NCBI GenBank assembly: GCA_054661495.1
Contig: BAAFSQ010000030.1
Span: forward strand, 27,931 to 59,930
DNA length: 32,000 nt
Reading direction: 5' to 3'
Source of the DNA: Zygophlyctis sp. KS116
Lineage: Eukaryota; Fungi; Chytridiomycota
In this document: positions 11,489-21,197 of the stretch, piece by piece
Position numbering within the stretch: position 1 is the first letter of the stretch
Layout of the letters: each line of letters begins with the position of its first letter
Program-made: the position numbers and the translations under genes
Notes under the pieces: model-generated
Seen by the model: only the letters and a program-made list of their open reading frames with translations
Told to the model about the DNA's origin: nothing
Database searches by the model: none

Positions 11489-12101
11489 ATGGACGCTAGC
11501 GATACTAAAGAGTTTCAAGAACAATATCCTCCGCCCCCATTCTATTTTGAATTGTATACTGATGCAAACCTCTCCGCAACACATGGGCCATTTTCCAATG
11601 AAAAAGTTGTTTTGGACTCATTAGATCCCCGTAATTTCTTATTTTTGTAAATTCACAGCGATCCCTCCCGACGGCGATCAGGAATATACTTGTTTTGGTG
11701 TGAAAAAGAAAAAGTTTGAACCCATCAAGAGCTTGAGTGAAATGGGACTAGAGGAATTAGTGGAATTCAATGATGATCGTTTGGGTAATACACAATTCTA
11801 ATATAAAGGCTCGGCATGCAAAGAAGATTTAAAGAAATTAAACGATTCTGTTTTATTAAACTTTGTCGAATTGTTGGAAATTCTAACATCAGAAAATCCG
11901 GATGCATCTAGTAAACTTTTGGAAATTAAAACAATAATGATCAATTTTCATCATTTACTCAATATATATAGGAATCATCAAGCAAGAGATACTTTAATAT
12001 ACATGATGACACAACAAATTAGCAAGAAAAGGGAACAAATCAAACACTTGAAAACATCATTTAAAAGGGCAGTTGATTTCTTAGATAAAACTTTAACCTA
12101 A
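11489..12101 (+). CDS. MED7: Mediator subunit 7
   Basis: [33 protein letters not shown] and [19 protein letters not shown] motifs. Introns 11631-11658 and 11785-11808. Confidence 0.9.
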
Positions 12102-12777
12102 TCTTTCCAAACGTTTAAAGTGAGCTTGAAGAGGTCCTTTTTCATTCAGATACTTGACATAACATCCATCTGGTTGAAGTTTTCCCTCTGATCGTCTTAC
12201 AGCATATTCTTCACGAGTAAGTTTTGTAAATCCCCATTTATTAGAGATGATAATCTTTTGACGACCAGGGAATTTATATTTGCAACGACGAAGAGCTTCA
12301 ATGACAACAGCCTTGTTATTATCCTTGGTTCTAATAGAGATTAAAACTTGACCAATATCAACACGAGCTGCAGTTCCCTGAGGTTTACCCCAAGCACCTC
12401 TCATTCCTTGTTGAAGTCTATCAGCACCTGCACAAGACAACATCTTATTAATTCTAAGCACATGGAATGGGTGAACTCTAATTCTCATGTGGAAAGATTC
12501 TTTTCCAGAAGTCTTGACAATGTACTTGTTTGCACAGATACGAGCTGCTTCCAATGCTTCTGAAGAGATTTGCTGGTATTCATCAGATAACAAGTGAATG
12601 GTCAATGGGAATTCATCGACATCAGCCTTTTTTCTTCCCAAATCAAAAATTCTAATTTTGGGATCAGGAACACCTCTACAGAATCGAGATTTTGGATAAG
12701 GCTTGTTCTTGCAGTATCTAGAATCATTAAGTTGTAATACTATGTTACCTATAGCAACGAGCAGGACGTCTGGCCAT
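12093..12777 (-). CDS. RPL10: 60S ribosomal protein L10 (uL16)
   Basis: [10 protein letters not shown], a 31-nt intron (12718-12748), then [31 protein letters not shown]...[14 protein letters not shown]. Confidence 0.97.
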
Positions 12778-12814
12778 TTTTTTTCAAAATTTAACCACTT
12801 GTGCCGCAGTCACT

Positions 12815-12891
12815 TCCTTGCCAGTCCCTTGCCAGTCCCTATGCTCACCTATGCATTTCCTATACTAGGCCACACTAGGCCACACTAGGCC
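12815..12891. repeat. Short tandem repeats in the RPL10/NDE1 divergent promoter
   Basis: CCTTGCCAGTC about 2.3 copies (12815-12840) and CACACTAGGC about 2.8 copies (12864-12891). Confidence 0.85.
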
Positions 12892-12977
12892 CCTCCACTC
12901 CAACACACAGCCAGCCCTCTAGCACAGTCAAACAACTGTTACGTAATCTCTTTTAATTCCGTCATTCGCTCTCTAAA

Positions 12978-14458
12978 ATGATTCTAAAGATTTTCAAAAG
13001 AGGTTTGTTGGGTGCTGGTGCTGTTGGAGTAGGAGCATTATCATATGGTAAAAATCTTTAATAATCTTTAGATATTTATCATCAGCAAAATCCTCCTGAT
13101 CAGTTGCCGTTTGATCCACAAAAGGAAACTTTGGCTATTTTAGGATCGGGATGGGGTGCTGTGTCTTTTTTAAAGAATGTCGACTCTTCAAATTATAATA
13201 TTGTACTAGTGTCGCCTAGAAACTATTTTCTTTTCTCGCCATTGCTACCTAGCACAACAGTAGGAACTATAGAATTAAGATCTATTATGCAGCCTATAAG
13301 ATATCTAACTAGACATCATACTAGACAAGTTTCTTTTATAGAAGGGGAATGTACGGATATAGATTTAGAACGCAAGATTTTGCATGTTAATGATAATACA
13401 AATCTTAATGCAAAAACTACTGTTCAATACGACAAGTTAATAATTGCATGTGGTGCAGAAAATGCTACTTTTGGTATTCCAGGAGTTAAAGAATATGCTT
13501 GTTTCTTGAAAGAGTCTTGGGATGCTAAAAAAATTCGTTCGCAACTTATGGATTGTATTGAAAATGCAGCATTTCCAGATCAAAGTGAAGAAGAAATTAA
13601 AAGATTATTACATATGGTGGTAGTTGGTGGTGGGCCAACAGGTGTGGAATATGCTGCAGAGCTGTATGACTTTTTACATCAAGATTTGGTATTTTTTATT
13701 TTTAATACAAGGTGAAATGGTATCCAGATATTGCTAGTAGTATTAAAATTACTCTTGTTGAAGCCATGCCATCCGTTTTACCAATGTTTTCAAAGGAACT
13801 GATTGAATATACTCAAAAACAATTTTCTAAACCTGATCTATCAATGAGACTTAATACAACTGTTAAACAAGTCAATGAAAAAGATATTGTAGTCTTGAAT
13901 AAAAATAAGGAAATTGAAACTATTCCTTATGGTAATCATGGCTTTTATTAAAATTAGGTTTATTAGTATGGGCAACTGGAAACACTCCCCGTCCTTTGAT
14001 TAGTAACTTTATTAAAAAATTACCTTCAAATATCCAAAATCAACGTAGAGGTTTAGTTGTAGATGATGCACTTCGGGTTAAAGGAGTTGACTCAGTTTGG
14101 GCATTAGGAGACTGTTCAGCGACACAGTGGGCACCAAGTGCTCAAGTAGCAAGTGGACAAGGGAAATATTTAGCGTCAATTTTTAATTCAAAACAAGCAG
14201 ACTCTTCTAATCCCAAGCCTTTTGACTATAATCACTTGGGAAGTTTGGCGTATTTTTAATTTACTAATTTATAGATATATTGGGAATGATGAAGCTATCG
14301 CAGATCTTCCTGGTGGATTACATATTGGGGGTGCATTAACATTTTATTTTTGGAGAAGCGCATATTTATCAAATCTTTTCAGCGTTCGCAACAAGTCTCT
14401 TGTCCTTTTTGATTGGACAAAGAAGGCCTTTTTTGGAAGAGATATTAGCCGTGAATAA
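12978..14458 (+). CDS. NDE1: Type II (alternative, external-type) mitochondrial NADH:ubiquinone oxidoreductase
   Basis: ILGSGWGA, SPRNYFLFSPLLPS, VVGGGPTGVE, ALGDC, FWRSAYLS and FGRDISRE motifs. Introns 13048-13071, 13689-13711, 13932-13957 and 14250-14274. Confidence 0.93.
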
Positions 14459-14541
14459 AAATTCATTATAATTAGGGTAATCTTGACCAAGACCGAGTAC
14501 ATTTTTACTAGGAGTGTCAATCCCTTGCATTGTTAAAAAAA

Positions 14542-15446
14542 ATGAATAAGCTCTCAGGACCGCTCAAACAGTCTTTAGGTGGAAGTGCATTCTTAGCAGG
14601 AATCGCTCTTTTAGGTCTTGGTATTAATGCATCCCTGTTCAATGGTAAATATTAAAGATCAATGATTGATTTGATTGATCTGTAAAAATAATTAATCTTG
14701 TAGTTGAAGGAGGACATCGAGCAGTTATATTCTCTAGAATCAATGGAGTCAAGGATGATATTTACGGTGAAGGGACACATTTTATGATTCCATGGTTTGA
14801 ACATCCTATAGATTATGATGTTCGAGCCAAACCTAGAAATTTACAGAGTTTAACTGGAACTAAAGATCTACAAATGGTTAATATTACAGTTAGAATTCTT
14901 TCTAGACCTAAAATAGAAGCCTTGCCAAAGATTTTTAAAACTCTTGGAACTGATTATGATGAAAGAGTATTACCATCAATTGTGAATGAAGTATTAAAAT
15001 CTGTTGTAGCACAATTTAATGCATCTCAGCTTATTACTCAAAGAGAACGTGTTTCAAGATTAATTCGAGAAAACTTGATTCAAAGAGCATCAGCTTTTAG
15101 TATATTTTTTGAAGATGTGTCAATTACACACATGGATTTTTCTAATGAATTTACTCATGCAGTTGAAGCTAAACAGATTGCTCAACAAGAGGCACAACGT
15201 GCATCATTTATAGTTGATAGAGCCCGTCAAGAGAAACAATCTATAATTGTTAAAGCAGAAGGAGAAGCACAATCTGCAAATTTAATTGGAGATGCAGTTA
15301 AAAATAATCCAGGATTTTTAGAACTTCGTAAATTAGAGACAGCAAAGGAAATTGCAGAAACTATTGGAGCATCTAAAAATAAGGTTTACTTGGACTCTAA
15401 TGCATTACTCTTGAATGTCAAGGATTTGTTGTCTAATAAGAAATAA
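14542..15446 (+). CDS. PHB2: Prohibitin 2
   Basis: SLFNVEGGHRAVIFSR across intron 14645-14703, plus TGTKDLQMVNIT and AKQIAQQEAQRA. Confidence 0.95.
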
Positions 15447-15456
15447 GATTTTTTTA

Positions 15457-16272
15457 ATGAGACGATTTTCTTCAACCGCCAAACTACTAAATGTGGCACC
15501 AATTCCCCAGATTAAAAGCACAAGGGATCTATCTAAAATGAGTGACTTTAGCCAAGTTCTAAACAGAATCAATATAGACTCACATTATCTAGCAAACTTG
15601 TCTAATCATTGGAACCATCAAGTGTATGTTGTCGGATGGAATCCAACTGTGAATGATTTCAATCTTTTCCTAAAGACAATTTCTGAATACAAGAGCAAGA
15701 AAGGAGCCAAAAGAGAGAAACGATCTTTAGAATTAGGAAAACAAGTCTTTGAATCTTGTAAAATCCGAACTTGTCCTAATGACTCTACATTTAAATATTT
15801 CTTGGAAATACTGATTAGAAATGCAACTCATTGTGGGAATGAAATTGAAATATTTGAAAGAAATGTATATATTTCACTTTATAAAAATTAGAATAGATTT
15901 GAAATGACACCAAAACTACTTTGTTATATTCTTAAAGGATATTTCATGGATAAGAATTACAGTCGTCTAACAGAAAGATTTGAAGATTACTATTTTAAGA
16001 CTGGATTTTTGGATAAAAGATTTTATGAAGATTTTATAGACTTTTTATCAAGGAATGAACCTGGATCATTATATGCATTGCATGAAGTATATTACAAGAT
16101 GAAAAAAGATTTTATTTTATCACAAAATGATGGATTTTGGACTAGAAAATTGTTTCAGAGTTTTATTAAATGTTGTCTACGGATCAAGAGTAGAGAAGCG
16201 ATGCATCATATTACTAGGGATTTTGAAATGATGGAGCGTAAAAATCCGAATCCTAAAATCCTAATAAATTAG
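15457..16272 (+). CDS. Putative mitochondrial PPR-like helical-repeat protein
   Basis: Presequence-like start MRRFSSTAKLL. Degenerate PPR-like motifs PTVNDFNLFLK, PNDSTFKYFLEIL and TPKLLCYILKGY. Intron 15865-15891 (27 nt) joins two ORFs in frame. Confidence 0.6.
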
Positions 16273-16329
16273 CTTGATAAATCTAAGAATCCCACCTTGT
16301 GTTACATTAGAGTAGGGTAAAACCATTAG

Positions 16330-16426
16330 GAAACTCTAGGGTAGAAACTCTAGGGTAGAAAACTCTAGGGTAGAAAACTTTAGGGTAGAAAACTTTAGGG
16401 TAGAAAACTCTAGGGTAGAAACTCTA
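16330..16426 (+). repeat. Tandem array of a 14-15 nt unit, AAACT(C/T)TAGGGTAG(A), six copies, upstream of RPL18
   Basis: TAGGGTAG starts at 16337, 16351, 16366, 16381, 16396 and 16411; an extra TAGGGTA lies at 16313. Confidence 0.95.
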
Positions 16427-16479
16427 ACCCCGGAAACATCAAGGGTCAAGGTCAATTTGGCGCCACAAAAAAACTAAAA

Positions 16480-17065
16480 ATGGGAGTTGATTTGCCAAGA
16501 AAACATCATACTTCAAATGGAAACAGAAAGGCTCCTAAATCAGATGTAATCCTTAAATACTAAATCTTAGAATGTCTACTTGAAATTGTTGGTTAAATTG
16601 TATCGTTTCTTGTCAAGAAGAACAGAATCAAAGTTTAATTCAGTCATTTTGAAAAGACTCTTCATGTCAAAGACTAATAGACCTCCATTGTCTCTATCCA
16701 AATTGGTCAAATTCATGGAAAAAAAATCTGAAAAAACTGCAGTCTTGGTTGGTACAGTCACTGATGATATTCGTTTAGTTGAGGTTCCCAAACTCTCTGT
16801 TTGTGCTCTTAGAGTTACTGCTAGCGCCCGTGCAAGAATCTTAAAGGCAGGTGGTGAAGTTTTGACTTTTGATCAATTGGCTCTTCGTTCTCCAGAAGGA
16901 AAAGGAATGGTGCTTTTACGTGGTCCTAAAAACTCTCGTGAAGCAGTTAAACATTTCGGTAAACCAGGTGCTCCTAGATCTCATGTTAAACCTTTTGTTA
17001 GATCAAAGGGAAGAAAGTTTGAAAAGGCTCGTGGAAGAAGATCTTCTAGAGGTTATACAAACTGA
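16480..17065 (+). CDS. RPL18: 60S ribosomal protein L18 (eL18)
   Basis: MGVDL...RKAPKSD, intron 16546-16570, then [18 protein letters not shown]...[14 protein letters not shown]. Confidence 0.97.
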
Positions 17066-17180
17066 TCTCAAAGAATTCTATAGAGATCTAATAAAACTTG
17101 ATATTCTAAAATCTTGAAATTTTTTACAAGTAGTTTACTGTGGAGAATTCACCTAGGAATAGTCCTTGATTGGGCAACTA

Positions 17181-19183
17181 ATGAATAGTTTAGACTCTAA
17201 AGTATTGCCGAGACTTCCAGTTCCACCGCTAGAAATAACGATTGAGAGATATTTAAAGTCGGTAAAACCATTATTAAGTCCGACAGAGTTTGAAAAGTAT
17301 TCTTTAATTGCAAATGATTTCTTGAATGGACAGGGGCAGACGCTGCAAAAGAGACTTATTGACTATGATAAGACTCAGGATCATTCTTGGCTGGAAAATT
17401 GGTGGTTGTCGTTGGCGTATTTGTCTTGGAGAGAATCGCTATTGGTAAACTCTAATTGGTATATTATTGTCCAAAAGCATACAAATTATGGGGAAAATAA
17501 TCATGCTATAAAGAGAGTATCTGGTTTTATTTCTAGTTTTTTGGATTTTAAGGATTTGGTAGATACTGCTGCGTTGCCTAATGACGGTTCAAGAGAACCA
17601 ATTTGTATGTATCAATATACCAGAATGTTTGGGATTACACGGATTCCAGTGGATAAAGAGGATATTCTAGTAACTCATCAAACTTCAAAACATATTATTG
17701 TAATGATTAAAGATCAGATTTACGCCGTTGATGTCTATGACGAAAATGGTAAAAGAGTTGCTGTTTCAAAGATTGAAGAGTAATTTTAAGTTTACTTACA
17801 AAAGGCAATTGATAAAGGTTGTGGGATTGCATTCAAGGTCCCAAACTCAAGAGGCTCCAGTTGGTTTGCTAACTGGGACTCATAGGGATACATGGTCCGG
17901 GTTGTATAAGCATTTATATGATTTAGATCCGACCAATAGGAAATCATTTGAAATTATACAGAGTGCACTAGTAAATATTCTGGTTTTAATTTTAGTTTTC
18001 TGTCTCGTTGGATCATTCCCAATACGATGACATGGATTCCATTGCTAGTAAGAAGATTTGGAGATTTATCTCATAGAGAATGTTTTTCATGGATTTGATG
18101 GACATAATCGATGGTTTGATAAATCTTTGAGTATTATAGTTACTAAAGATGGAATGATTGGCTTAAATGGAGAGCATTCACCCTGTGATGCTTTAGTTCC
18201 TGCAATCCTGGTTGATTATGCAGTGAAAAAGTAATTTATTTGGGTTTCATTTAAAGTGAATCTCTGAATCTACCAGAAAAGCACTCATTGTCGGCACGAA
18301 TGAATTCTCCAATTAAGCTTCACTGGACAATTGACTCAGTCGTCAAACAGGGGCTTGTAGATGCGCAAACATTTGTGGATCGGGTGATTTGCAATTCCGA
18401 CCTTGGAATACTGCATTTTCTTGACTTTGGCTCTGATTGGATTAAGAAAAACGGTATGTTTAATTCACTAATTATTAAAGCGCGTGTATCTCCAGATGCG
18501 TTTGTTCAGATATGTATACAACTAACATATTATCGTATCCACAGAAAGCTAGCACCGACATATGAAACTGCATCCGTGCGAAAGTATGCGCATGGACGAA
18601 CTGAAACTTGCCGATCTCTCTCCTTGGAGTTGGCAGATTTTGTAAAAGTTTTTGATGATCAGCAGGTTAAGGTGTTTCATATATTTCTTTTTAAACACTG
18701 TAGGATTTGGATAAATTGATTTTATTCCGAAAAGCTGCTGATGCTCACGTGGAATATCTCAAAGCCGCATCCAATGGGTATGGAGTCGATAGACATTTGC
18801 TGGGTTTAAGATTGGTTATGCGTTCTAATGAACCAAAACACTCTATATTCTCACATGATGTTTTTTCCCACTCTTCGAGATGGATATTGGTAATTTTGAT
18901 TGCTCATTATAGTCTACTAGCGCCCTTTTCTCTGGGGAGAGGACATTAGGAACGGGCTTTGGTGCTGTTGTAAATTAGGAATTGAAATTTTAACATTTAG
19001 GATCCTCAAGGATATGGCATGAATTATTTGATTGGAAAGAATATGATCAAGGTTGGAATTGAATCTAAAGCATCATGTCCTGAGACAAAGACTTGCAAAT
19101 TCCGAGCTACACTAAGAGGGGTGCTGATGGATGTCCGCATTTGCATGGAAAATGTAAACGTCTCAGCCAAATCTAAGTTATAA
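17181..19183 (+). CDS. Carnitine O-acyltransferase with C-terminal PTS1 (SKL)
   Basis: LPRLPVPPLE, NRWFDK, catalytic EHSPCD, SPDAFVQ, TYETAS, GVDRHL and STS motifs. Eight introns of 23-32 nt; the spliced product ends AKSKL*. Confidence 0.92.
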
Positions 19184-19194
19184 CTAAAAAAGAT

Positions 19195-19767
19195 TTATCG
19201 AAAAGTTTGACTATGACTTCTGTCAGTATGGCGTTTTAATGCCTCCTTTCTAGTATATGTTTGGCAGCAGATGTTACATATGTAAGGCTTAAGTTTCTCA
19301 TGAGTGACTCTAAAATGCCTGCTGAGATCTATAGCTCTAAAGTATGTTTTATCACAATCTGTACAAGCAAATGGCCGAGGACGATGTATATCATGTGTCC
19401 GAAGATGATATTTTACATTATCTCTTCTGGTAAATCTTTTGGAGCATCCAGGAAAGCTGCATTGATATAATACTGCTTCTTTTTCGGAAGACATATTTCC
19501 TATCAATTCTGCATTGTCCACTGAGGCCTGCGAATCACTTCTAGAATAAGTTCCCGATAATGTTGGAGTTGGAAAAGAGTTTGCATTATGAAAAGCTTCT
19601 TTGGATTTATAGACATCATTAGAAGGACCAACATTTGACTGATCTGGAGTGTATGGACTGCTGTTGACAATGATCCAGTTCAACTCTCCGACAAAAGATC
19701 CAAAAAATTCTTCCGGAAACTGTTCTACTGAATTTGGTTCAAATAACTCTGATATATATTCATTCAT
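19195..19767 (-). CDS. C2H2 zinc-finger transcription factor (three fingers)
   Basis: CSFPGCSKRFTRRDNVKYHLRTH, CTDCDKTYFRAIDLSRHFRVTH and CNICCQTYTRKEALKRHTDRSH; acidic N-terminus. Confidence 0.9.
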   Translation of the reverse strand: MNEYISELFEPNSVEQFPEEFFGSFVGELNWIIVNSSPYTPDQSNVGPSNDVYKSKEAFHNANSFPTPTLSGTYSRSDSQASVDNAELIGNMSSEKEAVLYQCSFPGCSKRFTRRDNVKYHLRTHDIHRPRPFACTDCDKTYFRAIDLSRHFRVTHEKLKPYICNICCQTYTRKEALKRHTDRSHSQTFR

Positions 19768-19823
19768 TTATTTTTTCATGTCCCAGTCAATACGTCAGCA
19801 TTCTTAATTTCGGATTACGTCGC

Positions 19824-21094
19824 TTAAATGACGAGAGAATCCAAAATTCGCCGGTAGTCTTCAATGACGGATTGATAAGTTTCTTCCAATTTATAAAATC
19901 TTTCAGCCAATTCCAATTCCTCCAAAATCTCCTAAAAGAATAAATTTATTAAAATCATTACCCGATTTCGAAGAAATAGTCTTCTTTTTACAAATAGCCG
20001 ATAGCGACGTACTGCAAGTTCATTTTTCTTATTTAAGTTTTTATACAAAATCATTTCGCAACATCTTTCAGCTTGCCGCTATTTCTTTAAAAATAATTTA
20101 ATATACCTTTGCTAATTTGAATGTCTGAGAAATTTGTTTTATTTCATCTTTTGATAATGTTGAAGACTTACCCTCTAACACTTTTTTTGATAATAACATT
20201 TTCAAATCTGATCTAAATTTTCAAAAAAAAGTAATAAAATACCTATCTCTCAAATCATTAAATGATTCATTAGGATCTTCTACAGTTACCTGAGCAACTT
20301 TTTTATCGTCCAGAAACATTTGATAAAGAAAAGAGTAAAGTCTTGAACCATGCTTCTGACCGTGAAAAGGGGGCATTATAAAAAACTGACTATTTTTACT
20401 CAAATTATAGTGACATACCTAATTCGCATTCTCACCTGATCTGGATGACAATAAAAAGGATAATACGTAGCATAACCAACAATAGAATAAACGGGATCTC
20501 CAGTCCCATTAATTTTCTTCTTAAACCTTTGATTTATCAAAATTAAAATCGTACAACAGCATAATCTCCCATTTATCATCTTCTTCCTCAATATATGAGC
20601 TTCCTTCGATAAACCAAACTAGAAATAATTGTAACCGTGAATGGTATTCCTTGAATCGGGGAGTTGAAAATGTATTATGGTAAAATTCATACACAGTTTC
20701 ATCTAGTTGGTACTCACCCATTTTAGTTCCCATGGGTTTAAATGCGGTCTCATCAACATTAACTTGATGCATAAAGGATTCGTAATTATCATAATATCCA
20801 GAAACGAGCAGATTAGAGATTTTATCATTAATTTCTTCCGGGCGAGTGTTTTCCAGATCAACCTGAGAAGAATAATCGATTGAATAATATGTTGCTAATG
20901 ATGCCGGAGCATAGTAAATTTTAATTTTTAAATCTTTGTATCCAAATATCTTTTCCTCCTCAAAAACTTGAATTAATCACTAAACATTTACCATTATATG
21001 TGTACGTCGGATGGAATTCTTCTGTTTCATTGACAAGTTTAAGGCATATTGCCTCTGAAGAGCTACAGACCCATTTACTCAACTTATAATCCAT
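19824..21094 (-). CDS. HAT1: Histone acetyltransferase type B catalytic subunit
   Basis: FHPTYTY..FEEEKIFGYKDL, WFIEGSSYI, RISQFFIMPPFHGQKHGS and TVEDPNESFNDLRD motifs. Six introns of 25-30 nt. Confidence 0.92.
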
Positions 21095-21197
21095 TCAAAT
21101 TGGAATTGTAAAGGCCAGGGTTCAACGAAGGGACTTAACTATTCTATAAATCATTACCAGTAGTACTATCCGCAAACTATATTATTTGTTACAATGA

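Noticed and set aside
14645-14703. Intronic C/D box snoRNA in PHB2
   Set aside because: There are no proper RUGAUGA and CUGA boxes and too little room for a guide sequence; kept only as a hairpin observation.
16330-16426. Possible CRISPR array or interstitial telomere
   Set aside because: The units are directly adjacent with no unique spacers and no cas genes. The 14-15 nt unit is not a pure TTAGGG tract and sits in a promoter.
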